Origin: Utricularia gibba | Lineage: Eukaryota; Plantae; Magnoliophyta | NCBI GenBank assembly: GCA_002189035.1 | Contig: NEEC01000247.1 | Span: 1-64,000 of the forward strand | Reading direction: 5' to 3' | Length of the DNA stretch: 64,000 nucleotides | Shown here: in pieces, positions 27,501 through 42,600 of the stretch | Position numbering within the stretch: the stretch's first letter is position 1 | Layout of the letters: each line of letters begins with the position of its first letter | Made by a program: the position numbers and the translations under genes | The notes under the pieces: model-generated | What the model saw: the letters and a program-made list of their open reading frames with translations, nothing else | Told to the model about the DNA's origin: nothing | Databases searched by the model: none

Positions 27501-30500
27501 AACTTCAAATAAATGCATCACGATTTTCGTTGAATAGGACCCGATTGGGCGCAGGAGTCGAACCGAACCTTGGGTCCGGATGAACTTCCCAACGAAAGCA
27601 CCCACCCAAAAACGACAAGCTTTTCCTTCAGAAACAATGTAGGCAGCTGCCGAAAACCCAACGTTAATAAATGGATCACTTTTTTTTCCGGGCTACAAAT
27701 GACTATGGCCCGAGCCGACCGACCTCCGGCCCGATCCTGTGCCCCTCGAGAGCGCCTCCTCAAATAAAAAGTTGTGGTTGAAAACCATTTGGGGTGCTCA
27801 TGACATCCTAACTTCAATAAATGCATCACGATTTTCGTCGAATAGGACCCGATTGGGCAGGAGTCGAAAGAACCTTGGGTCCGGATGAACTTCCCAACGA
27901 AAGCACCCACCAAAAACGACAAGCTTTTCCTTCAGAAACATGTAGGCAGCTGCCGAAAACCCAACGTTAATAAATGGATCACTTTTTTTCCCGGGCTACA
28001 AATGACTATGGGCCCGATTTCGACAAGACCTCCGGCCAGATCCTGTGCCCCTCGAGAGCGCCTCCTCAAATAAAAAGTGGTTGAAAACCATTTGGGGTGC
28101 TCATGACATCCTAACTTCAATAAATGCATCACGATTTTCGTTGAATAGGACCCGATTGGGCGCAGGAGTCGAACCGAACCTTGGGTCCGGATGAACTTCC
28201 CAACGAAAGCACCCACCAAAAACGACAAGCTTTTCCTTCAGAAACAATGTAGCAGCTGCCGAAAACCCAACGTTAATAAATGGATCACTTTTTTTCCCGG
28301 GCTACAAATGACTATGGGCCCGAGCCCGACCCGACCTCCGGCCCGATCCTGGTGCCCCTCGAGAGCGCCTCCTCAAATAAAAGCTTGTGGTGAGAAAACC
28401 ATTTGGGGTGCTCATGACATCCTAACTTCAATAAATGCATCACGATTTTCGTCGAATAGGACCCGATTGGCTCAGGAGTCGAACAGAACCTTGGGTCGGA
28501 TGAACTTCCCAACGAAAGCACCCACCAAAAACGACAAGCTTTTCCTTCAGAAACAATGTAGGCAGCTGCCGAAAACCCAACGTTAATAAATGGATCACTT
28601 TTTTTGCCGGGCTACAAATGACTATGGGCCCGATTTCGACAAGACCTCCGGCCAGATCCTAGTGCCCCTCGAGAGCGCCTCCTCAAATAAAAATGTGGTT
28701 GGAAAACCATTTGGGGTGCTCATGACATCCTAACTTCAATAAATGCATCACGATTTTCGTTGAATAGGACCCGATTGGGCGCAGGAGTCGAACCGAACCT
28801 TGGGTCCGGATGAACTTCCCAACGAAAGCACCCACCCAAAAACGACAAGCTTTTCCTTCAGAAACAATGTAGGCAGCTGCCGAAAACCCAACGTTAATAA
28901 ATGGATCACTTTTTTTCCCGGGCTACAAATGACTATGGGCCCGATTTCGACCTCCGCCAGATCCTAGTGCCCCTCGAGAGCGCCTCCTCAAATAAAAAGT
29001 ATGTGGTTGGAAAACCATTTGGGGTGCTCATGACATCCTAACTTCAATAAATGCATCACGATTTTCGTTGAATAGGACCCGATTGGGCGCAGGAGTCGAA
29101 CCGAACCTTGGGTCCGGATGAACTTCCCAACGAAAGCACCCACCCAAAAACACAAGCTTTTCCTTCAGAAACATGTAAGCAGCTGCCGAAAACCCAACGT
29201 TAATAAATGGATCACTTTTTTTCCGGGCTACAAATGACTATGGGCCCGAGCCGACAACCTCCGCCCGATCCTGGTGCCCCTCGAGAGCGCCTCCTCAAAT
29301 ATAAAGCTTGTGGATGAGAAAACCATTTGGGGTGCTCATGACATCCTAACTTCAATAAATGCATCACGATTTTCGTCGAATAGGACCCGATTGGGCTCAG
29401 GAGTCGAACAGAACCTTGGGTCCGGATGAACTTCCCAACGAAAGCACCCACCAAAAACGACAAGCTTTTCCTTCAGAAACAATGTAGGCAGCTGCCGAAA
29501 ACCCAACGTTAATAAATGGATCACTTTTTTTGCCGGGCTACAAATGACTATGGGCCCGATTTCGACAAGACCTCCGGCCAGATCCTAGTGCCCCTCGAGA
29601 GCGCCTCCTCAAATAAAAGTATGTGGTTGGAAAACCATTTGGGGTGCTCATGACATCCTAACTTCAATAAATGCATCACGATTTTCGTTGAATAGGACCC
29701 GATTGGGCGCAGGAGTCGAACCGAACCTTGGGTCCGGATGAACTTCCCAACGAAAGCACCCACCCAAAAACGACAAGCTTTTCCTTCAGAAACAATGTAG
29801 GCAGCTGCCGAAAACCCAACGTTAATAAATGGATCACTTTTTTTGCCGGGCTACAAATGACTATGGGCCCGATTTCGACAAGACCTCCGGCCAGATCCTG
29901 TGCCCCTCGAGAGCGCCTCCTCAAATAAAAAGTTGTGGATGGAAAACCATTTGGGGTGCTCATGACATCCTAACTTCAATAAATGCATCACGATTTTCGT
30001 TGAATAGGACCCGATTGGGCGCAGGAGTCGAACCGAACCTTGGGTCCGGATGAACTTCCCAACGAAAGCACCCACCCAAAAACGACAAGCTTTTCCTTCA
30101 GAAACAATGTAGCAGCTGCCGAAAACCCAACGTTAATAAATGGGATCACTTTTTTTCCCGGGCTACAAATGACTATGGGCCCGAGCCCGACCCGACCTCC
30201 GGCCCGATCCTGGTGCCCCTCGAGAGCGCCTCCTCAAATATAAAGCTTGTGGATGAGAAAACCATTTGGGGTGCTCATGACATCCTAACTTCAATAAATG
30301 CATCACGATTTTCGTCGAATAGGACCCGATTGGGCTCAGGAGTCGAACAGAACCTTGGGTCCGGATGAACTTCCCAACGAAAGCACCCACCCAAAAACGA
30401 CAAGCTTTTCCTTCAGAAACAATGTAGGCAGCTGCCGAAAACCCAACGTTAATAAATGGATCACTTTTTTTGCCGGGCTACAAATGACTATGGGCCCGAT

Positions 30501-33500
30501 TTCGACAAGACCTCCGGCCAGATCCTAGTGCCCCTCGAGAGCGCCTCCTCAAAAAAAAGTATGTGGTTGGAAAAACCATTTGGGGTGCTCATGACATCCT
30601 AACTTCAATAAATGCATCACGATTTTCGTCGAATAGGACCCGATCGGCAGGAGTCGAACGAACCTTGGGTCGGATGAACTTCCCAACGAAAGCACCCACC
30701 AAAAAACGACAAGCTTTTCCTTCAGAAACAATGTAGGCAGCTGCCGAAAACCCAACGTTAATAAATGGATCACTTTTTTTGCCGGGCTACAAATGACTAT
30801 GGGCCCGATTTCGACAAGACCTCCGGCCAGATCCTAGTGCCCCTCGAGAGCGCCTCCTCAAAAAAAGTATGTGGTTGGAAAACCATTTGGGGTGCTCATG
30901 ACATCCTAACTTCAATAAATGCATCACGATTTTCGTTGAATAGGACCCGATTGGGCGCAGGAGTCGAACCGAACCTTGGGTCCGGATGAACTTCCCAACG
31001 AAAGCACCCACCAAAAACGACAAGCTTTTCCTTCAGAAACAATGTAGGCAGCTGCCGAAAACCCAACGTTAATAAATGGATCACTTTTTTTTGGGCTACA
31101 AATGACTATGGGCCCGATGACAAGACCTCCGCCAGATCCTAGTGCCCCTCGAGAGCGCCTCCTCAAATAAAAAGTTGTGGATGAAAAAACCATTTGGGGT
31201 GCTCATGACATCCTAACAATAAATGCATCACGATTTTCGTTGAATAGGACCCGATGGGCGCAGGAGTCGAACCGAACCTTGGGTCCGGATGAACTTCCCA
31301 ACGAAAGCACCCACCCAAAACGACAAGCTTTCCTTCAGAAACATGTAGCAGCTGCCGAAAACCCAACGTTAATAAATGGATCACTTTTTTTCCCCGGGCT
31401 ACAAATGACTATGGGCCGAGCCCGACAAACCTCCGCCCGATCCTGGTGCCCCTCGAGAGCGCCTCCTCAAATATAAAAGCTTGTGGATGAGAAAACCATT
31501 TGGGGTGCTCATGACATCCTAACTTCAATAAATGCATCACGATTTTCGTTGAATAGGACCCGATTGGGCTCAGGAGTCGAACCGAACCTTGGGTCCGGAT
31601 GAATTCCCAACGAAAGCACCCACCCAAAAACGACAAGCTTTTCCTTCAGAAACAATGTAGGCAGCTGCCGAAAACCCAACGTTAATAAATGGATCACTTT
31701 TTTTGCCGGGCTACAAATGACTATGGGCCCGATTTCGACAAGACCTCCGGCCAGATCCTAGTGCCCCGAGAGCGCCTCCTCAAATAAAAAGTATGTGGTT
31801 GAAAACCATTTGGGGTGCTCATGACATCCTAACTTCAATAAATGCATCACGATTTTCGTCGAATAGGACCCGATTGGCTCAGGAGTCGAACGAACCTTGG
31901 GTCGGATGAACTTCCCAACGAAAGCACCCACCCAAAACGACAAGCTTTTCCTTCAGAAACAATGTAGGCAGCTGCCGAAAACCCAACGTTAATAAATGGA
32001 TCACTTTTTTTGCCGGGCTACAAATGACTATGGGCCCGATTTCGACAAGACCTCCGGCCAGATCCTAGTGCCCTCGAGAGCGCCTCCTCAAATAAAAGTA
32101 TGTGGTTGGAAAACCATTTGGGGTGCTCATGACATCCTAACTTCAATAAATGCATCACGATTTTCGTTGAATAGGACCCGATTGGGCGCAGGAGTCGAAC
32201 CGAACCTTGGGTCCGGATGAACTTCCCAACGAAAGCACCCACCCAAAAACGACAAGCTTTTCCTTCAGAAACATGTAGGCAGCTGCCGAAAACCCAACGT
32301 TAATAAATGGATCACTTTTTTTCCCGGGCTACAAATGACTATGGGCCCGAGCCCGACCCGACCTCCGGCCCGATCCTGGTGCCCCTCGAGAGCGCCTCCT
32401 CAAATATAAAGCTTGTGGATGAGAAAACCATTTGGGGTGCTCATGACATCCTAACTTCAATAAATGCATCACGATTTTCGTCGAATAGGACCCGATCGGG
32501 CTCAGGAGTCGAACAGAACCTTGGGTCGGATGAACTTCCCAACGAAAGCACCCACCCAAAAACGACAAGCTTTTCCTTCAGAAACAATGTAGGCAGCTGC
32601 CGAAAACCCAACGTTAATAAATGGATCACTTTTTTTGCCGGGCTACAAATGACTATGGGCCCGATTTCGACAAGACCTCGGCCAGATCCTAGTGCCCCTC
32701 GAGAGCGCCTCCTCAAATAAAAAGTTGTGGTTGGAAAACCATTTGGGGTGCTCATGACATCCTAACTTCAATAAATGCATCACGATTTTTGAATAGGACC
32801 CGATTGGGCGCAGGAGTCGAACCGAACCTTGGGTCCGGATGAACTTCCCAACGAAAGCACCCACCCAAAAACGACAAGCTTTTCCTTCAGAAACAATGTA
32901 GGCAGCTGCCGAAAACCCAACGTTAATAAATGGATCACTTTTTTTGCCGGGCTACAAATGACTATGGGCCCGATTTCGACCCGACCTCCGGCCAGATCCT
33001 AGTGCCCCTCGAGAGCGCCTCCTCAAATAAAAAGTATGTGGTTGGAAAACCATTTGGGGTGCTCATGACATCCTAACTTCAATAAATGCATCACGATTTT
33101 CGTCGAATAGGACCCGATTGGGCGCAGGAGTCGAACCGAACCTTGGGTCCGGATGAACTTCCCAACGAAAGCACCCACCCAAAAACGACAAGCTTTTCCT
33201 TCAGAAACAATGTAGGCAGCTGCCGAAAACCCAACGTTAATAAATGGATCACTTTTTTTGCCGGGCTACAAATGACTATGGGCCCGAGCCGACAGACCTC
33301 CGGCCCGATCCTGTGCCCCTCGAGAGCGCCTCCTCAAATATAAAGCTTGTGGATGAGAAAACCATTTGGGGTGCTCATGACATCCTAACTTCAATAAATG
33401 CATCACGATTTTCGTCGAATAGGACCCGATTGGGCTCAGGAGTCGAACCGAACCTTGGGTCCGGATGAACTTCCCAACGAAAGCACCCACCCAAAAACGA

Positions 33501-36119
33501 CAAGCTTTTCCTTCAGAAACAATGTAGGCAGCTGCCGAAAACCCAACGTTAATAAATGGATCACTTTTTTTGCCGGGCTACAAATGACTATGGGCCCGAT
33601 TTCGACAAGACCTCCGGCCAGATCCTAGTGCCCCTCGAGAGCGCCTCCTCAAATAAAAAAGTTGTGGTTGGAAAACCATTTGGGGTGCTCATGACATCCT
33701 AACTTCAATAAATGCATCACGATTTTCGTTGAATAGGACCCGATGGGCAGGAGTCGAACCGAACCTTGGGTCCGGATGAACTTCCCAACGAAAGCACCCA
33801 CCCAAAAACGACAAGCTTTTCCTTCAGAAACATGTAGGCAGCTGCCGAAAACCCAACGTTAATAAATGGATCACTTTTTTCCGGGCTACAAATGACTATG
33901 GGCCCGAGCCCGACCGACCTCCGGCCCGATCCTGGTGCCCTCGAGAGCGCCTCCTCAAATATAAAGTTGTGTGAGAAAACCATTTGGGGTGCTCATGACA
34001 TCCTAACTTCAATAAATGCATCACGATTTTCGTCGAATAGGACCCGATTGGGCTCAGGAGTCGAACAGAACCTTGGGTCCGGATGAACTTCCCAACGAAA
34101 GCACCCACCCAAAAACGACAAGCTTTTCCTTCAGAAACAATGTAGGCAGCTGCCGAAAACCCAACGTTAATAAATGGATCACTTTTTTTTCCCGGGCTAC
34201 AAATGACTATGGCCCGAGCGACGACCTCCGGCCAGATCCTGGCCCCTCGAGAGCCTCCTCAAATAAAAATTGTGGTTGGAAAACCATTTGGGGTGCTCAT
34301 GACATCCTAACTTCAATAAATGCATCACGATTTTCGTCGAATAGGACCCGATTGGCTCAGGAGTCGAACAGAAACCTTGGGTCGGATGAACTTCCCAACG
34401 AAAGCACCACCCAAAAACGACAAGCTTTTCCTTCAGAAACAATGTAGGCAGCTGCCGAAAACCCAACGTTAATAAATGGATCACTTTTTTTGCCGGGCTA
34501 CAAATGACTATGGGCCCGCCGACCGACCTCCGCCCGATCCTAGTGCCCCTCGAGAGCGCCTCCTCAAATAAAAAGCTTGTGGTTGAGAAAACCATTTGGG
34601 TGCTCATGACATCCTAACTTCAATAAATGCATCACGATTTTCGTTGAATAGGACCCGATTGGGCTCAGGAGTCGAACCGAACCTTGGGTCCGGAACTTCC
34701 CAACGAAAGCACCCCACCAAAAACGACAAGCTTTTCCTTCAGAAACCATGTAAGCAGCTGCCGAAAACCCAACGTTAATAAATGGATCACTTTTTTTCCC
34801 GGGCTACAAATGACTATGGGCCCGAGCCCGACCCGACCTCCGGCCCGATCCTGGTGCCCCTCGAGAGCGCCTCCTCAAATATAAAGCTTGTGGATGAGAA
34901 AACCATTTGGGGTGCTCATGACATCCTAACTTCAATAAATGCATCACGATTTTCGTCGAATAGGACCCGATTGGGCTCAGGAGTCGAACCGAACCTTGGG
35001 TCCGGATGAACTTCCAACGAAAGCACCCACCCAAAAACGACAAGCTTTTCCTTCAGAAACCATGTAGGCAGCTGCCGAAAACCCAACGTTAATAAATGGA
35101 TCACTTTTTTGCCGGGCTACAAATGACTATGGGCCCGAGACCGACCTCCGGCCGATCCTAGTGCCCCTCGAGAGCGCCTCCTCAAATAAAAAGCTTGTGG
35201 TTGAGAAAACCATTTGGGGTGCTCATGACATCCTAACTTCAATAAATGCATCACGATTTTCGTCGAATAGGACCCGATGGGCTCAGGAGTCGAACCGAAC
35301 CTTGGGTCCGGATGAACTTCCCAACGAAAGCACCCACCAAAAACGACAAGCTTTTCCTTCAGAAACAATGTAGGCAGCTGCCGAAAACCCAACGTTAATA
35401 AATGGATCACTTTTTTTGCCGGGCTACAAATGACTATGGGCCCGACGACCGACCTCCGGCCCGATCCTGGTGCCCCTCGAGAGCGCCTCCTCAAATAAAA
35501 AGCTTGTGGATGAGAAAACCATTTGGGGTGCTCATGACATCCTAACTTCAATAAATGCATCACGATTTTCGTCGAATAGGACCCGATTGGGCTCAGGAGT
35601 CGAACCGAACCTTGGGTCCGGATGAACTTCCCAACGAAAGCACCCACCCAAAAACGACAAGCTTTTCCTTCAGAAACAATGTAGGCAGCTGCCGAAAACC
35701 CAACGTTAATAAATGGATCACTTTTTTTTCCGGGCTACAAATGACTATGGGCCCGATTTCGACCGACCTCCGGCCAATCCTAGTGCCCCTCGAGAGCGCC
35801 TCCTCAAATAAAAAGTTGTGGTTGAGAAAACCATTTGGGGTGCTCATGACATCCTAACTTCAATAAATGCATCACGATTTTCGTCGAATAGGACCCGATT
35901 GGGCTCAGGAGTCGAACCGAACCTTGGGTCCGGATGAACTTCCCAAGAAAGCACCCACCAAAAACGACAAGCTTTTCCTTCAGAAACCATGTAAGCAGCT
36001 GCCGAAAACCCAACGTTAATAAATGGATCACTTTTTTTTCCCGGGCTACAAATGACTATGGGCCCGAGCCCGACCGACCTCCGCCCGATCCTGGTGCCCC
36101 TCGAGAGCGCCTCCTCAAA

Positions 36120-36697
36120 TATAAAGCGAAAACCATTTGGGTGCTCAAACATCAATAAATGCATCACGATTTTCGTCGAATAGGACCCGATTGGGCTCAG
36201 AGTCGAACGAACCTTGGGTCCGGATGAACTTCCCAACGAAAGCACCCACCCAAAAACGACAACTTTTCCTTCAGAAACATGTAGGCAGCTGCCGAAAACC
36301 CAACGTTAATAAATGATCACTTTTTTTGCCGGGCTACAAATGACTATGGGCCCGACGACGACCTCCGGCCGATCCTAGTGCCCCTCGAGAGCGCCTCCTC
36401 AAATATAAAGCTTGTGGTTGAGAAAACCATTTGGGGTGCTCATGACATCCTAACTTCAATAAATGCATCACGATTTTCGTCGAATAGGACCCGATTGGGC
36501 AGGAGTCGAAAGAACCTTGGGTCCGGATGAACTTCCCAAAAGCACCCAAAAAAACGACAAGCTTTTCCTTAGAAACATGTAGGCAGCCGAAAACCCAACG
36601 TTAAATGGATCTTTTTTTGCCGGGCTACAAATGACTATGGGCCCGACGGACCTCTCCTGCCCCTCGAGAGCCTCCTCAAATAAAAGTTGTGGTTGAG
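36120..36697 (+). repeat. Two deletion-rich monomers
   Basis: 36121-36160 reads ATAAAGCGAAAACCATTTGGGTGCTCAAACATCAATAAAT. The unit at ~36423-36697 is ~275 bp with many scattered 1-10-bp losses. Confidence 0.75.
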
Positions 36698-39600
36698 AAA
36701 ACCATTTGGGGTGCTCATGACATCCTAACTTCAATAAATGCATCACGATTTTCGTCGAATAGGACCCGATTGGGCTCAGGAGTCGAACCGAACCTTGGGT
36801 CGGATGAACTTCCCAACGAAAGCACCCAACCAAAAACGACAAGCTTTTCCTTCAGAAACCATGTAGGCAGCTGCCGAAAACCCAACGTTAATAAATGGAT
36901 CACTTTTTTTGCCGGGCTACAAATGACTATGGGCCCGAGCCCGACCCGACCTCCGGCCCGATCCTGGTGCCCCTCGAGAGCGCCTCCTCAAATATAAAGC
37001 TTGTGGATGAGAAAACCATTTGGGTGCTCATGACATCCTAACTTCAATAAATGCATCACGATTTTCGTCGAATAGGACCCGATTGGGCTCAGGAGTCGAA
37101 CGAACTTGGGTCCGGATGAACTTCCCAACAAAGCACCACCCAAAAACGACAAGCTTTCCTTCAGAAACCATGTAGCAGCTGCCGAAAACCCAACGTTAAT
37201 AAATGGATCACTTTTTTTGCCGGGCTACAAATGACTATGGGCCCGAGTTCGACCGACCTCCGGCCCGATCCTAGTGCCCCTCGAGAGCGCCTCCTCAAAT
37301 AAAAGCATGTGGTTGAGAAAACCATTTGGGTGCTCATGACATCCTAACTTCAATAAATGCATCACGATTTTCGTCGAATAGGACCCGATTGGGCTCAGGA
37401 GTCGAACCGAACCTTGGGTCCGGATGAACTTCCCAACGAAAGCACCCACCCAAAAACGACAAGCTTTTCCTTCAGAAACATGTAGGCAGCTGCCGAAAAC
37501 CCAACGTTAATAAATGGATCACTTTTTTTTCCGGGCTACAAATGACTATGGGCCCGAGTTCGACGACCTCCGGCCGATCCTAGTGCCCTCGAGAGCGCCT
37601 CCTCAAATAAAAAGCTTGTGGTTGGAAAAACCATTTGGGGTGCTCATGACATCCTAACTTCAATAAATGCATCACGATTTTCGTCGAATAGGACCCGATT
37701 GGGCTCAGGAGTCGAACCGAACCTTGGGTCCGGATGAACTTCCCAACGAAAGCACCCCCAAAAAACGACAAGCTTTTCCTTCAGAAACCATGTAGGCAGC
37801 TGCCGAAAACCCAACGTTAATAAATGGATCACTTTTTTTCCCGGGCTACAAATGACTATGGGCCCGAGCCCGACCCGACCTCCGGCCCGATCCTGGTGCC
37901 CCTCGAGAGCGCCTCCTCAAATATAAAGCTTGTGGATGAGAAAACCATTTGGGGTGCTCATGACATCCTAACTTCAATAAATGCATCACGATTTTCGTCG
38001 AATAGGACCCGATGGGCTCAGGAGTCGAACGAACCTTGGGTCCGGATGAACTTCCCAACGAAAGCACCCACCAAAAACGACAAGCTTTTCCTTCAGAAAC
38101 AATGTAGGCAGCTGCCGAAAACCCAACGTTAATAAATGGATCACTTTTTTTGCCGGGCTACAAATGACTATGGGCCCGACCGACCGACCTCCGGCCGATC
38201 CTAGTGCCCCTCGAGAGCGCCTCCTCAAATAAAAAGTGTGGAAAACCATTTGGGGTGCTCATGACATCCTAACTTCAATAAATGCATCACGATTTTCGTC
38301 GAATAGGACCCGATTGGCAGGAGTCGAACGAACCTTGGGTCCGGATGAACTTCCCAACGAAAGCACCCAAAAAACGACAAGCTTTTCCTTCAGAAACAAT
38401 GTAGGCAGCTGCCGAAAACCCAACGTTAATAAATGGATCACTTTTTTTGCCGGGCTACAAATGACTATGGGCCCGATCGACGACCTCCGGCCGATCCTAG
38501 TGCCCCTCGAGAGCGCCTCCTCAAATAAAAAGCTTGTGGTTGAGAAAACCCATTTTGCTCATGACATCCTAACTTCAATAAATGCATCACGATTTTCGTC
38601 GAATAGGACCCGATTGGCTCAGGAGTCGAACCGAACCTTGGGTCCGGATGAACTTCCCAACGAAAGCACCCACCCAAAAACGACAAGCTTTTCCTTCAGA
38701 AACCATGTAAGCAGCTGCCGAAAACCCAACGTTAATAAATGGATCACTTTTTTTGCCGGGCTACAAATGACTATGGGCCGAGCCCGACCCGACCTCCGGC
38801 CCGATCCTGGTGCCCCTCGAGAGCGCCTCTCAAATATAAAGCTTGTGGATGAGAAAACCATTTGGGGTGCTCATGACATCCTAACTTCAATAAATGCATC
38901 ACGATTTTCGTCGAATAGGACCCGATTGGCTCAGGAGTCGAACGAACCTTGGGTCCGGATGAACTTCCCAACGAAAGCACCACCCAAAAACGACAAGCTT
39001 TTCCTTCAGAAACATGTAGGCAGCTGCCGAAAACCCAACGTTAATAAATGGATCACTTTTTTTGCCGGGCTACAAATGACTATGGGCCCGAGCCCGACCC
39101 GACCTCCGGCCGATCCTGGTGCCCCTCGAGAGCGCCTCCTCAAATATAAAGTTGTGGTGAGAAAACCATTTGGGGTGCTCATGACATCCTAACTTCAATA
39201 AATGCATCACGATTTTCGTCGAATAGGACCCGATTGGGCTCAGGAGTCGAACCGAACCTTGGGTCCGGATGAACTTCCCAACGAAAGCACCCCCAAAAAC
39301 GACAAGCTTTTCCTTCAGAAACATGTAGGCAGCTGCCGAAAACCCAACGTTAATAAATGGATCACTTTTTTTGCCGGGCTACAAATGACTATGGGCCGAG
39401 CCCGACCCGACCTCCGGCCGATCCTAGTGCCCCTCGAGAGCGCCTCCTCAAATATAAAGTTGTGGTGGAAAACCATTTGGGGTGCTCATGACATCCTAAC
39501 TTCAATAAATGCATCACGATTTTCCGAATAGGACCCGATTGGGCTCAGGAGTCGAACCGAACCTTGGGTCCGGATGAACTTCCCAACGAAAGCACCCACC

Positions 39601-42600
39601 CAAAAACGACAAGCTTTTCCTTCAGAAACCATGTAGGCAGCTGCCGAAAACCCAACGTTAATAAATGGATCACTTTTTTCCCGGGCTACAAATGACTATG
39701 GGCCCGAGCCCGACCCGACCTCCGGCCCGATCCTGGTGCCCCTCGAGAGCGCCTCCTCAAATATAAAGCTTGTGGATGAGAAAACCATTTGGGTGCTCAT
39801 GACATCCTAACTTCAATAAATGCATCACGATTTTCGTCGAATAGGACCCGATTGGGCTCAGGAGTCGAACGAACCTTGGGTCCGGATGAACTTCCCAACG
39901 AAAGCACCCACCAAAAACGACAAGCTTTTCCTTCAGAAACAATGTAGGCAGCTGCCGAAAACCCAACGTTAATAAATGGATCACTTTTTTTGCCGGGCTA
40001 CAAATGACTATGGGCCCGACCGACGACCTCCGGCCGATCCTGCCCCTCGAGAGCGCCTCCTCAAATATAAAGTTGTGGTTGAGAAAACCATTTGGGGTGC
40101 TCATGACATCCTAACTTCAATAAATGCATCACGATTTTCGTCGAATAGGACCCGATTGGGCTCAGGAGTCGAACCGAACCTTGGGTCCGGATGAACTTCC
40201 CAACGAAAGCACCCACCAAAAACGACAAGCTTTTCCTTCAGAAACATGTAGGCAGCTGCCGAAAACCCAACGTTAATAAATGGATCACTTTTTTTGCCGG
40301 GCTACAAATGACTATGGGCCCGAGCCCGACCCGACCTCCGGCCGATCCTGGTGCCCCTCGAGAGCGCCTCCTCAAATATAAAGCTTGTGGATGAAAACCA
40401 TTTGGGGTGCTCATGACATCCTAACTTCAATAAATGCATCACGATTTTCGTCGAATAGGACCCGATTGGCTCAGGAGTCGAACCGAACCTTGGTCCGGAT
40501 GAACTTCCCAACGAAAGCACCCCCAAAAACGACAAGCTTTTCCTTCAGAAAACATGTAGGCAGCTGCCGAAAAACCAACGTTATAAATGGATCACTTTTT
40601 TTGCCGGGCTACAAATGACTATGGGCCCGCCGACCGACCTCCGGCCCGATCCTAGTGCCCCTCGAGAGCGCCTCCTCAAATAAAAAGTTGTGGTTGAGAA
40701 AACCATTTGGGGTGCTCATGACATCCTAACTTCAATAAATGCATCACGATTTTCGTTGAATAGGACCCGATTGGGCTCAGGAGTCGAACCGAACCTTGGG
40801 TCCGGATGAACTTCCCAACGAAAGCACCCACCCAAAAACGACAAGCTTTTCCTTCAGAAACCATGTAGCAGCTGCCGAAAACCCAACGTTAATAAATGGA
40901 TCACTTTTTTGCCGGGCTACAAATGACTATGGGCCCGAGCCCGACCCGACCTCCGGCCCGATCCTAGTGCCCCTCGAGAGCGCCTCTCAAATATAAAGCT
41001 TGTGGATGAGAAAACCATTTGGGGTGCTCATGACATCCTAACTTCAATAAATGCATCACGATTTTCGTCGAATAGGACCCGATTGGGCTCAGGAGTCGAA
41101 CCGAACCTTGGGTCCGGATGAACTTCCCAACGAAAGCACCCACCAAAAACGACAAGCTTTTCCTTCAGAAACCATGTAGGCAGCTGCCGAAAACCCAACG
41201 TTAATAAATGGATCACTTTTTTTTTGCCGGGCTACAAATGACTATGGGCCCGAGCCCGACCCGACCTCCGGCCCGATCCTGGTGCCCCTCGAGAGCGCCT
41301 CCTCAAATATAAAGCTTGTGGATGAGAAACCATTTGGGGTGCTCATGACATCCTAACTTTCAATAAATGCATCACGATTTTCGTCGAATAGGACCCGATG
41401 GGCTCAGGAGTCGAACGAACCTTGGGTCCGGATGAACTTCCAACGAAAGCACCCACCAAAAACGACAAGCTTTTCCTTCAGAAACAATGTAGGCAGCTGC
41501 CGAAAACCCAACGTTAATAAATGGATCACTTTTTTTGCCGGGCTACAAATGACTATGGGCCCGAGCCCGACCGACCTCCGGCCGATCCTAGTGCCCCTCG
41601 AGAGCGCCTCCTCAAATAAAAAGTTGTGGTTGGAAAACCATTTGGGGTGCTCATGACATCCTAACTTCAATAAATGCATCACGATTTTCGTCGAATAGGA
41701 CCCGATTGGGCTCAGGAGTCGAACCGAACCTTGGGTCCGGATGAACTTCCCAACGAAAGCACCCCACAAAAACGACAAGCTTTTCCTTCAGAAACCATGT
41801 AGGCAGCTGCCGAAAACCCAACGTTAATAAATGGATCACTTTTTTTGCCGGGCTACAAATGACTATGGGCCGAGCCCGACCCGACCTCCGGCCGATCCTG
41901 GTGCCCTCGAGAGCGCCTCCTCAAATAAAAAGCTTGTGGTTGAAAACCATTTGGGGTGCTCATGACATCCTAACTTCAATAAATGCATCACGATTTTCGT
42001 CGAATAGGACCCGATTGGCTCAGGAGTCGAACCGAACCTTGGGTCCGGATGAACTTCCCAACGAAAGCACCCACCCAAAAACGACAAGCTTTTCCTTCAG
42101 AAACCATGTAGGCAGCTGCCGAAAACCCAACGTTAATAAATGGATCATTTTTTCCCGGGCTACAAATGACTATGGGCCCGAGCCCGACCGACCTCCGGCC
42201 CGATCCTGGTGCCCCTCGAGAGCGCCTCCTCAAATATAAAGCTTGTGGATGAGAAAACCATTTGGGGTGCTCATGACATCCTAACTTCAATAAATGCATC
42301 ACGATTTTCGTCGAATAGGACCCGATTGGGCTCAGGAGTCGAACGAACCTTGGGTCCGGATGAACTTCCCAACGAAAGCACCCACCCAAAAACGACAAGC
42401 TTTTCCTTCAGAAACAATGTAGGCAGCTGCCGAAAACCCAACGTTAATAAATGGATCACTTTTTTTGCCGGGCTACAAATGACTATGGGCCGATTCGACC
42501 GACCTCCGGCCGATCCTAGTGCCCTCGAGAGCGCCTCCTCAAATAAAAAGTTGTGGTGAGAAAACCATTTGGGTGCTCATGACATCCTAACTTCAATAAA

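Larger units (their letters stand above)
1..33900 (+). repeat. Array domain I: mixed A-tail and B-tail monomers
   Basis: Frequent A tail (GATTTCGACAAGACC...CAGATCCTAGTG...AAAAGTATGTGGTTGG) with CGTTGAA and GGGCGCAGG alleles, interleaved with B tail (GAGCCCGACCCGACC...CTGGTG...TATAAAGCTTGTGGATGAG). The GATCGGGCTC and GAACAGAACC alleles occur essentially only here. Confidence 0.8.

Noticed and set aside
38236-39192. Longest ORF (318 aa), resembling a tandem-repeat protein
   Set aside because: It is chance read-through of three monomers made possible by local deletions; neighbouring copies have stops in the same frame.
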